From contig CM120648.1 in the NCBI GenBank assembly GCA_051362555.1, forward strand, positions 10,536,587 to 10,600,586: a DNA stretch of 64,000 nucleotides, read 5' to 3'. Shown one piece after another: positions 52,276 to 64,000 of the stretch (its first letter is position 1; every line of letters begins with the position of its first letter). This stretch comes from Lingula anatina (taxonomy: Eukaryota > Animalia > Brachiopoda). The notes under the pieces are model-generated. The model was not told the origin of the DNA, did no database searches, and worked only from the letters and a program-made list of their open reading frames with translations. The translations under genes and the position numbers were made by a program.

Positions 52276-52732
52276 TTAACTATCTGTGACATGTCACATT
52301 TCACGTGTGCGCAGTGACAGCATTTTTGTATAATTTGACCCGTTACAGGTAAATAAGTCTGAACCTAAAAGGCAGTGAAACTGAACCCTATTTCTTAATG
52401 GCTGCTGTTAGCCATGCCAAAGATGTGATTAGTCATTTTTCAATAATACCCTATCATAGTGAGAAATGTTTTAATATTATTATGTTTCCATGAAGGGGCT
52501 GGTGCTTTCCCAACCATCTGAACAGTTAATATATTAGGTAATATCAAGCAGCATTCTGTAATCCATCCTATGTCAGAGTGAAGTTTTTCAAGGCAACAAG
52601 TTAATCTTCCCAGGATACTGGATCTGCTGCTGTAACTTAGATTCAGGTTTAATTTAATATATTTTTTTCCTTTTAATGAATATATCTATCCTTATAACAT
52701 ATTTCACAAAATATTTAATAAACAATTATCAA

Positions 52733-53776
52733 TCAAGTACTGCATTTCCAGTCTTTTTCTGATAATCCTTGTAGTCTCTTCGTTTTTCTGGCTTGCCACC
52801 AAAGCCATGCGAAACCAATAAAGAAACAAACCAGTGACTCTACGTAATAGCCGTCCAATGATGTGATGCATTTTCCTCCTGAATCCGTGCACAGCTGGAA
52901 ATAAATAAATAAAATGTTGACAACATTTCAATGTGTTGAAATTGGTATTACTGTCATAAGATAAATGTATGTATCAGGTGAAAATATGAAATAAAAACTG
53001 TAAATAAAAAATAAATTACTAGACTAAGTACAAAATCACATGTAATAGTCAAATCAAATGACAAATATTTCTATCAAGACAAAAAAAGCAACACAAAGAT
53101 AAAAAATAATCAGTCAAGGTATTTATGATTTTTTTATTCTTCAAGTCCAAAAACTATCTGCTATAGTTTCTGTTTTCATTCTAAACGTAAATATGAGCAA
53201 TTTTTGTTTTCAAATTAGCAGATGACAGTCATTCAGACTTATCCAGAATTCCTGACAGTCCGATGTTTTTTTGTTTATATCTTTACTGGACACATCCCCC
53301 ATATATAACTGTTTGCCTTTGGTGCTTGAATTTTCTGAATTTTGCTCAAAATACCACTTTCATCTCTAAAAAATCACCTTTTCTTCTGCGGCATTGTTGC
53401 ACTGTCCTATTGAACCAGAACATGTTTTCCATGTGAGTGAATCCACAAACCATAACATAACTGTGGTAGGCCAGTTTCCGCCTGAAGAGAAAAGTAGAAA
53501 AGTTGCGATGTCTAACTCAGTGCTTGTAAAACTATGTATAAATAAGGCAAAATGTAAATATATTCAATCAACAAATCACGATAAAATTAATTAAATTAAA
53601 ATGTTACAAGACCCAAATTCAGACAGAATAATATTGTAATCACCCCTTTCCCCATAACATATATCCTAAAAATAAATCACAATCTGTGAAGAATTTTTTG
53701 TCAGGAATCTTGACCATCGACAAAAAGACAAACTGAGGCTGATGAGAAGATAAAAATGGAGAACTGGGAAGATAAC

Positions 53777-53824
<48 letters not shown>

Positions 53825-56800
53825 GCTGACTTACCTAGATTAGATAAAGTGTTGAGTAGTGTCATATAGGTGCCTCCGATAGCTGGATCACTGATCTTAG
53901 CATGGAAACCCATTGTGGACACAAACATACTATAAACTGCCACCTGAAAATGTAGAAAATCAATAATATATATGATGACTTTCAAATCAAACAGAACTTT
54001 GGTATAAACGAGAAACATTTCAATCCTAAGAGTAACATTTCAATCCTAAGAGAAAACTACAGCAGTAAATCTTTAAAAAATAAGATAGCAAAATAATTGA
54101 TATATTTAAAAATTTGATCTAATTAATAAATTATCCCCAATGCCTTCAGTTCCTTTCCATAAAGCTTCTTCAAAAGCTAAAAGATGTATGTATAAAAGAA
54201 AAAAGAAAGACAGAAAGGATAAAGTCTTACCTGGTGTAAAGCAAAGAAAAACAATATCACTCCATAAAAATAAAGTGGGAATTCCCCAGACGCCATCTGT
54301 GTTGATGGGGCCCACCACACCAATACCGCATATATCAATCCTATGACTAATCTGAAGATACAGAATTAAAAAAAGAATAATTCATCAAACTTAAATGTTC
54401 ATTTTCTGTTAATATAGGAAATCAAGATATTTTCTTAATGTCTGATGCATATTATTTTGAAAAAATATATCTTGTCTTTCAATGTTTGCATCTGTAAAAT
54501 ATCCAGGCACAGACATTTTGAAAGATAAAATTTAACTTTCTTTTGAGTTATTTAGTCTTTTAAGATTGAAATATTTATAAAAAAGGGATTTGAGGACTTG
54601 GAAGTCAAAAAAATCACTGTGAGAGATAAACATCCTATAACATTTACATATTTGATACATGTATATCAAGTAGTTCTTGGCTTAACATTCAGCAAACAAA
54701 GTTTTACATTTACTGAAAATGTGTAAGCTTGTGTCTGAAATTGCTGGCAAGCATGTTTATGAAGCATATTGTTGCATGTACATATTTGCACGACATTTTC
54801 ATTCCTGTGCCTGATGCCACATTCACAACAGAGTTGATCAATGCACTAACAGACCCACGGACCAAATATGGCCGACCCACTTGAAAGCTTACCCCATAAT
54901 CCCTTAACAGACACTGAATAGGTTCCCCTTAAGGGATAACATGGCTAGCTTTTGAGTGGGTCAGCCATATTTAATCTAGGGATCTAAGAAAGCGTACAAC
55001 GCCCAACTCACCTCCAAGGCATGGCCTTAATAAATACATCCATGGGTCTCGGACCTGCTGTGTAGCGACTTAGTAACAGAGGGAGTATTATCTCTATGGG
55101 GACCATAGGAACTGCAAGGAGAGCCAGGCGTTCCTTTGGCACGCCAGCTTCAATCAGCTTCAGGCCAGTGATTCCATCTGCAGCTGCGAAGCCGATCTGG
55201 AATTATTAAGTTGAATTGAGATGATCAGACGAATTTGGAAATGATGTGCGGTCTCACATGACACACACTAATATTTTTAATATTTTGTAATATCAGCAAT
55301 ATATGTTTTAATGCCCAAACAGTCAAGACCTCAAGTAAAAGCAACATAGATGAGATAAGATTATACAAGACTTCGTTCTATAATTGATACAGAAGTTGGG
55401 TTCTGGTGCAGAAAAAATGGTAAAATAAATAAATCTTTAACCTAGATAAATGTACTACATTGTTGTTAAATTGTATTAAAATTAAATATAAAATTGTTTT
55501 ACAAGTTATTTCATTGTATAAAATAAATAATTTAACAGTTCTGCTACGTTCACCTACCTTGGCTGTTAATAAAATCACAATATATGTCTTAACAGCAGGT
55601 AATTTGATAATCTTAACCAGCTGTTTATAAGTGTCCGCAATAGTTTGGTCCTGGTCAGCATCTTCATTTGGTTTTTCTGTCTTGAAGAGACTGACCAAAG
55701 TTGTTGTGATAAAAAACACAATGCCCCAGAAATACATGAAGCCTGAAATAAAAATATTTTGTCAATGTCATAATATGTTTGATTCTGTCAAAAATGTTTA
55801 TTTCAGCACCCCCCTGAATACAGTAGTTGCTTTGTGCTAAATAAAATTTTCTGTCTCAAAAACAAAAAAAAAAAAAAAAAAAAAATCAAAAATCAACATG
55901 TACTAGTACTGTAACTATTATAATACTTGCTATAAAGATGTAATTAATGATTCAAAATCAGTGATAACAAGACACAGATGTTAAACACTTACTTCCAAGA
56001 GTGACCAGGCCTTCCTTCTGAGGAATATTTCTGAGATATTTGTTGCAGAAGTCAGGAGATTCCAGGGCCAGGAATACTACATTTCCTAGAAAATAGCCCG
56101 CCGTCTGTCCCACTGTGTTACAAGTGGAAGCCCAGCCCACATTTTTTCTGAAAAGTATTTAAAATTGTTCTGAGGCAGTGTCAAAAGTATTAAAAATTGT
56201 ACTACATGCCGTGAACAAATTAACTATCAAAACATAAAAATAATGCCCTAAAAAAAAAACAAAAAAGCAATTCATTGCACATGAGATCTAGTTAGACACT
56301 TGGGCCCCATATCTCGAAAGCATCGCGCATTGCGGCCGTGTGCAAGCATCTCGATTCCATAACTCGCCCATACTCGCCCCATATAATACGTTGTAGCCTC
56401 TATGTGATATCGCTATTTGCAGTACGCGATGCTTTCGAGATACGGGGCCCCCGCTTGGGATGTGTGCAATATAGCAGTCTGTGAAGTAAACCACTGACCC
56501 AGCTGCAAATGCCAGTAAAAATTTGACTGGGCCAGTGAAATATGTGAAACACAGTCATTTACTGGACCAACCAGGCCTGTGATTTTTTTTTTCAGCAGTA
56601 ACATCTTTTTCTAAATGTTCAGGCTAAAAGTTGAAGTCTTTTTAAAGAACTTGTTTTAAAAATCCCACTTTTTTTTAAAAATTTGTAAATACGAAACCTG
56701 TTTAATCTAAATGTGCTCATTAAAGTATTCTGTTTTAAAGTTGGAATTCAGGCTAGTGAATTTTGGTTCAGGCTAGTAGATTCTTAGACCAGGGTTGGCT

Positions 56801-57541
56801 TGAAAGTTCAAAAGTATTTGGCAAAAACTGATAAAACAGTGCATAATGTGTGACAGTACACGTATGACAGGCTTTAATATTACAATGTGGATAATTGGCA
56901 TGACAGTGTATTACATAACAGACTTACCTAGACAACATAGTTAGAGCCCACCCATCAACTGCTATATCCTGAGTAGCTGCCAAGAAGTTCATGGCAAAAA
57001 ACACCGCTGTCAAAAACCCTACGTTCACATTGCTGTTCTCATCCTCATTCTCTCCTAAAACTTCTGATATGTGCAGTGACAGTATAATCATAAAAAGTCC
57101 AATCAGATACTGTGTCGGAACCAGCCACGTTTTACGACGGCCAAATTTTGAGGAATAAGCAGCGTCCACAATGGGTGCCCAGAGGAGTTTCACACTGAAG
57201 GGCCAAAATGCGAAACTGAATTTCGCTTGATCTTTGTAACTGACATGGCGACTAGAGAGAATCATGGGAATGCTGCCGCTAAGTCCGAGTGGAATTCCTT
57301 GAAGTACGTAAAGAAATGTGAGTAAGAGTATACTGCCTCTGTCACCGTCAAGGCTATGATTTTGCGATTCATTTTCTTCCTCTTGTTCACCGCCCCTCTC
57401 CTCTCTCTCTTTGCTTGGCAGATGCATGTGGAGCGGTGCGTGCTGAAATATCATTTCCGACTCCGCGTCGTCATTGGACATCAGATGATGTACTTTACGA
57501 TTCATTTGACTATTTTCTGAACTGACTCTTTTTCTGGACAT
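52733..57541 (-). CDS. SLC33A1: Acetyl-coenzyme A transporter 1 (MFS)
   Basis: Exons 56928-57541, 55993-56147, 55558-55742, 55012-55196, 54231-54351, 53835-53943, 53378-53481, 52733-52894: LYVLQGIPLGL, KLLWAPIVD, ATQDIAVDGWALTML, ASTCNTVGQTAG, ISDPAIGGTYMTLLNT, NLGGNWP, DGYYVE. Confidence 0.97.
54845..54985. mobile_element. Internal part of a MITE family B copy
   Basis: caaatatggccgacccacttgaa...gagtgggtcagccatattt shared with 4378-4552. Confidence 0.6.
56302..56450. mobile_element. PIF/Harbinger-like MITE in SLC33A1 intron
   Basis: gggccccatatctcgaaagcatcgcg...cgcgatgctttcgagatacggggccc, near-perfect 26-bp TIR. Confidence 0.75.
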
Positions 57542-58308
57542 TGTGAAGTAAAAGGGTGGCCCCTGTTTATCTTGTGACCTATGTTTCTATTGCACTTGTT
57601 TTTGTGATTAGGAGTGTGAGATGACATTTAAACTTGTCAAGTCACAATAACTGATCGTCTTTTGAATCTTTTCAATGGGTTATGAAAATATCAAATCAAC
57701 TGTCTTCTTTAAGATGTATGGTATGGGATCCTGTGCAATTCCTCACTCCTGAAATGTATGAATAAAATATCATTTCTCTCAATCCATAAGCTAAATTCAG
57801 TTGCACTAAACTGACAAACTGTTTTAAATTTAAGTTATCAATTTTCTATAAGACATATAAAACCCATCCAATAAAAAATATACTTATTCCTGAGAAGAAA
57901 GTGGGAAAGTACTAGTAATTTACTTAACTCTTATAATTATACTTAATTAAGTGTCAAATGTGTAGTAGTGTACATGTCAAATGTCCATGTAGCATATTTA
58001 CTTTTGCTTGTCCAGTTATTCCACACAAGCCCATGCACTACATTCATTAACAGAGACATTTCATAAACTTCAATCGGTTAACTTTTAGGACGTCTTTAAT
58101 TTCTCTCGTTCTCAGACATATGCATGCTGCGATTAGTGTCAAAGTAATTTTGAGAGCCCAAAATGAACGCCCCCCTCTCCTCAAATAAATAATAGTGATT
58201 AATAATAAAATTTTGATAAATTTAATGATTTTGATAATCATAATTATGAAATATTCCAGACCGCTTACCCTCCCATCCTTCTGTTTAGTGAGAGAGGCAT
58301 AGATCTAT

Positions 58309-58409
<101 letters not shown>

Positions 58410-59489
58410 TTGTAACTACCTTGAATGGCTCTTCTAATTTTCCATTTTTATGCTGTGAAGCCCTAAAGACGTCCACTTCTTAATTTGACATACAACGGAT
58501 GGTTTTGTTTAAGTTTTACGTGGCATTATACGACCGGTCTCTTCCATATGGCCGCGTGTAAAGCGCATCGTTGTTGTTGACTTTCGTTTCGACACGTTTC
58601 ATTTGCCGTCTTCTCTACCACAATCATGTGTGCCGCACTCGATCAGCCTTCTTTTGTACAGTGTATTATTATTAATTTAAACGATTTCAAATTTATTACA
58701 TAGAATCTTATAATAACTGATTTTATTTGAAAAAAAAGAATACAAGCTCAAAAATATGAAAAAAATTCATATCTCACTTAGTATTTATTTTTATTTTTTG
58801 TTTATTTTCAATTTTGTCCGGTCCAAATAACCTGACTTCCTGAGAACTTCAATAATTTTAATCAACAAGCTATGTCGAGAAAATTTATTATAACCCATGA
58901 AAAATCTGCGAGGAAATAAACTTATTAAAATATCTTTCTTGCTTTCTTTTTTTTTCTTCCTCCTTTTTTTAAATATATTTTCATTTTATTTATTCTGTTT
59001 TATTTTAAGTTATATTTATTTTTTTATTTTATACAAGTGAAATCCACCAGTCTCAATCTCCATTACGAGAGTGATTAGTACTAAAAAAAAAAAGAAAAAT
59101 AGAATAAATATTTATAGATATTGATCATAAATTTGTCACAGCTTTGGGATATGGTCTACTGTTAATTGTCCGGGAAAAGTAATTAATATTGCCACTTAAT
59201 ACAGTGGTGAAAAGGGGTCCAGGTCCCATTCTAAGCCGTTAATCGTTCGTATCTTGGCATAGATCATATAATCCATGTTTTAATTTTTAGTTCAGTAATG
59301 TTGATTCGATTTTATTTTCTCTTTTGTGGATATCTGTAACAAAAGGATTTTATATTTATATTTGATTTTTCGTTTGCCCAATATTTTAACCTGGCTTTAT
59401 CTTAGATCTAATTATTTTTATAGAATGATTTTCTCTAGTAATTTTATTATTATTATTTTGTGTGTGTGTGTGTGTGTGTGCGATGCTAT

Positions 59490-60140
59490 GTATGTACTTT
59501 TTTACGTCTTTCGTCGAAGAGGGATAGACATCTCTTTTAATTTTTTTTACTTTGAAGACTTTTTTTGGTGATAATTAAATATTTATTTGTCAAATGTCGC
59601 TTTCGGTTTTTTTCATTCAAATGCATTTATTTAAAAACACAAATTTTCATTATTCAACGTATTAACTTTTTTATGTCTTTCATCCTTGAGGTGGTAGACA
59701 TATTTTATTTTCCTTGTTGTTATTAAATTTTGGAGAATAATTTGATGATAGTAAATATCTACTTATCAAATATCGCTCTTTGTTTTCATTTTAAAACATT
59801 TTCAAACACATTTTAAAACACAAAATTTTCATGTGTAATTTATTACGTCTTTCATCCCTATGGGGTAGACATATTTTGAATACTATTTTGGTGATAATTA
59901 AATGTTTATTTGTCAAATGTCGCTTTCGGTTTTTTCATTAAAATGTAATCATTTTAAAACACAATTTTTTCATGATTCTATGTGTGTACTTTTTTACGTG
60001 TTTCATCCTTGGGTGGTGGTCATATTTTTTAATTTTTCAATTATTTTGAAGACTTGATGATAAGTAAATATTTATTTGTCAAATGTCGCTTTTGGGTTTT
60101 TCATTAAAATATTTTCATTTAAAAACAAGTTTTGCATGTT
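59490..60140. repeat. Degenerate ~165-180-bp tandem repeat, about 4 copies
   Basis: Recurring tacgtctttcatcc...gtagacat...gataattaaatatttatttgtcaaatgtcgctttcggtttttcatt...aaaacacaaattttcat. Confidence 0.8.
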
Positions 60141-61451
60141 ATGCTTTTTATATTTTACAGTATTCTCTTCTATATTATTTTCATGATTTTATCTAAGACA
60201 TTCAAACTTTATTGCGCTAGCCATTCTTCAGATATTTCTAGAGTCAAATCTTCATTTCCATCCATTCAAAAATATTTGAACAAACATATTCTTTGCATTC
60301 ATTTATAGTAATATTATTGTATCATAATATTATGTTTTCATTTGATCTCTCGACAGTGAAAGCTTTTACCACGTGGTTTCGTAGTTTAAAGGTGTAGTGA
60401 AAAAAAATGTTGAATGTCCCCGTCACTGAAACCAAATGTCTCTGAATGCTAAGCAGATTTTGCACGTCGTTGTTTCTTATGAGCCCATGCCGGACGATAC
60501 AAATATATCGAAGTCTGAGATCCGAGGCCTTGGCAGTACAGAGATGAGGCTGAGCCCCCTACACATGTAATTGCATGCTTCAACCATGCCCCCCCCCCCA
60601 AAAAAAAAAAAAAATAAATAAATAAAAATAAATAAATAAATGAATAAAAAAATGAATAGATAGATAAATAAAATAAAATAAAAAATAAAAAAAGTTCCCT
60701 GGCTTAGTTGACTAGGATGTCTCTGATATTTTAATTTGTTTTATTTTCTTTTATTCTATTATTTTGGTAAACCGGGACCAATCCAGTCACAAGTGCAGGA
60801 AGCAGGAAAATCAAGAGCCTAATTAAACCAGATAAATAGCTACATTAAAACAAATTAATTTACACAATGAAATGTAATAAGTTAATTACAAGTGATTAGC
60901 TATTCCCCTTAAAACGTTCTTCCTGTGAAGCAGAAAATTAACCGATTATTTTTCGATTTCTATAACGTTTATAAACCTTTGTAATATTATTTTTGTTTTA
61001 TTCTGCCACCGTTACAATAATTTAAAATAGCTTTAGACTGTAGACATAGACTACAAAACAAAATGCTATATATAACATCGATAAGAGAAACCTTTATCGC
61101 GAGAAATCTAACATAAACTTGATAAAAATAAGCATTTAATGACCTTTACAAAAAAGGCCTACATGAAACAATACGTCTATCGTCTTCACATCGTAATACA
61201 CATGTTGAAAATAAAAATATAGAAATAATAAAACATTCAATAATTAAAATATACAATTTGATTGCAGATCTATAAAAATCTCATTCCACTTCACATATAT
61301 TTTAAAAAATGTATAACTCCGACAATAAGACAAAAATAACAAAATAAAATAATTTTGTGCCATTGAACATCAAGCCAAGCTTCAGGTTCGCGGGTAATAC
61401 AACTGCATTTAACAATGATCTCCCCCCCCCCAGTAAAAAAAGAAAAAACCG

Positions 61452-61489
<38 letters not shown>

Positions 61490-61775
61490 GTGCAAATTCA
61501 TTAATTCATTAGAGTTTTTGGGGCACATATGCCCTAGATGTATCTTACATGCAAAGTCTAAATCTGTAACGTGTGAGTAATACAGACGTCGCATGTAGGT
61601 CCAGGAATGTTGTAATCCCATCTGTGAGTCTTTGTGTGTTCTTGAAATCATGTATTACATGTATAAGTGTTTATCAACTGTATGCTTTCGTGCATATCAC
61701 TTTTACTTTTCAAACTTGTCTTTTGGCATTGTATTGCTGACCACATATTGAGCTAGCAACAGTACACCGAAGGGG

Positions 61776-61813
<38 letters not shown>

Positions 61814-61817
<4 letters not shown>

Positions 61818-62182
61818 ATTTCCGTGCACTCCACAGACAGCCGAGGACTGGCAATTCCAAACTCCGTTACCGCTGCCAGGTAAGGGGAAACTTGGCGAAG
61901 TGCTCGAAGAAAATCTTCAAACGCGGCGCGTCGCAGTCTCTCCGGCTGAGTGCCCAAGTAGGACAAGACGCACGACAGAATAACAGACATTTTGCGCATA
62001 GGGTCCCTGATGAAAATGATCCTATAACGTTGTTTCTCGGTCAAGATGAAATCCATTTGAAGTAGATTAGCGAGTGTCTGGATTTTGTTCAAGTCAGTGA
62101 GACCCGTTATTAGAGTTATGGACATTTGACGAATCCGCTGGTGTTTGCTGGAATTGGTATCTAGGATCAGTAGTTTAGCCAT
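61814..62182 (-). CDS. Hypothetical 122-aa protein, possible stand-alone death-fold domain
   Basis: GC-elevated exon with a splice acceptor at ~62221 and a good aaaATGG start; helical pattern QTLANLLQM...FEDFLRALRQVSPYLA resembles death domains. Family not confirmed. Confidence 0.45.
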
Positions 62183-62535
62183 TTTCAGCTACTTAAGGGT
62201 AGACCTGAACTGGATATTTACTGCAAAAAAGATAGTATGTGTAATAAAAAAAAAAATAATAATTATTATTATTTTTATTATTTTTATTGAAAAAATAATG
62301 AATAAATAAATAAATTAATTAATAAAATTAGACACCCTTAAAATTAAATAAATAAAGGATTCAAGTCAGTCGCTTAGAGTTAGAAAAGAATTCGTGAAGC
62401 TACAGGTCTATTTAAAAATGGCCCAAGTTTAAGCAAAGAGTTATATTTATTATAAGTGTTAAGGAAAGACAGATCTTTAACCTTGATTCACCAAAAATTG
62501 TCCATGCCATCAGTGTGCAAGGCAAGTGAGCCAAA

Positions 62536-62546
62536 GGGAAATTCCC
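62536..62546. promoter_or_regulatory. Palindromic NF-kB-type site GGGAAATTCCC
   Basis: Exact GGGRNNYYCC-type match about 350 bp upstream of the 62182 ATG. Confidence 0.4.
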
Positions 62547-64000
62547 TAATGCTACGTTTCTATTTTTAGCTAGCTCCAATAGAAACATGAAAGTAGGAAT
62601 GCACGGTGCTGGCAATCAGTGACAAATATCACAGAAATGTACACAGAATTAGCTACCAGTGATCATAAATGTATGCAACCCCAGTACCTACATGTACATG
62701 TGCACTCCACTGAATAGACTGAAAGTGTCAACGCCGATAATCAAAAAGTAGGCCATTTAGGCATAGCAAGGAGTTATAACATTCTGTTATAACTTCTTGG
62801 GCATAGTGACCTACGTAGGCCTACATGTAGAGCATGAATTTGAAATGCTTAATGTTCATATTGTACTCAGTATTCACATGCAATAACTGCACATGTACCC
62901 AAATCTTTGTCAAAGCATTGCTGCGCCTGCCTAAACATCCATAAAAATTGCATGAAACGTTTAAAATCTGCCCCAAAATTACGTCTTCGACATACAAAGT
63001 TGTAGGATGTGACAAGGATTCAGCTGGGATGCTCGCAAGGATGTTAATATATTTCGTGCAAGCTAGTTTTTCAGAAATTTGCAAATTGGCAGCTATTTAA
63101 GATGGTATGTTAAAATCTGACCTACCTAATTCAGTTCTGGCTCGCATATGTCAGTTCAAAAGTTAGTCGAATGCAGTACTCATTATTTCCGACATGAAAT
63201 ATTATACGCAGCGACGAAAAACCCACGTGGTTGGAACCTACGTCATGCGTTTTTTTTTGGTCTAAATCGATGTTTGACGTCATTTCCAGCCCCACCGATG
63301 TTGACCAATCACAGTACAGCAAATTTACTCCATTCATACTTTCACTCAACACTCAAGAAGTTCGCCAGGTAGCTTATTGACTATCTTTCTTATCGAGGAC
63401 AATGTGCGCTATTCACAAAATTATTCCCCTCCGTTAATCAACAAAATCGTTTTCCGTGATGTTGTTCAGTAGGTGTGGATAGTCTTTTGACGTTTTCGTT
63501 GGGGAGGTGGAAAGGCGAAGTGAGGATGGGGGAGCTGTGTCCGGATGACACGTCTGAGCATAAGTCTCTGTTGAATCGGCAGATCTACCCAAAGAGTGGT
63601 CGTTGCTCTAACACTTAGATAACAGAATGCATGCCCACTGCCCCGCCGCACGGTCGACTACCTCCGTAATGCAGATCGTCCCAACTTACAGTTGGCTAAA
63701 AGGGTAATTGTCACAGATATCACGTCTCTGGATAATTCAGGACACAATTCTCTGAGAAAAATACACATAATTTTTCTGCGGCCTCAGTAGAGAGTATAGG
63801 TCTATGAAGTGACTTAAGTCACAATGGACCAACACAAATTCGGGGTACGCGTTCACCACAGTTTCTCTTTCTCGTTACAGTGCACTCGTATATATCCGGA
63901 ATGTACATGTAGTCTAGTCATGAAATATACACTGAGCATTCCTTTGAGATTTTTGCAACAATTAGAGTATGCTATATAGATACGGTTTACCGGTATATGT

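Overview
AT-rich, intron-containing animal genomic DNA, probably an invertebrate (lophotrochozoan-like HES genes and repeats; species not determinable). Exons were assembled by hand from GT-AG junctions. In order: (1) a 12-exon selenocysteine lyase (SCLY, minus) that is intact except that the PLP-binding Lys is encoded as Met; (2) a ~3.2-kb element with imperfect terminal inverted repeats abutting the SCLY start and carrying a spliced CaRF/ALS2CR8-like ORF whose H-x2-H motif is repeated 6 times in tandem; (3) two convergent Hairy/E(spl) genes (bHLH-Orange-WRPW) forming an old inverted duplication with mirror-image upstream elements and a nearly identical bHLH exon; (4) between them, a Tc1 (DD34E) derivative folded into a ~1.66-kb near-perfect palindrome of transposase coding sequence, plus two tRNA-Gln(CUG) genes; (5) a head-to-head TTC36/SZRD1 pair; (6) SLC33A1 (minus); (7) a short death-domain-like ORF with an upstream palindromic kB site. 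Many MITEs (PIF/Harbinger-, Kolobok-, hAT-, Tc1-like), Helentron/HINE-like elements, an RTE LINE 3' fragment and micro/minisatellites are interspersed. All identities and mismatch counts were made by eye; no database searches were run.
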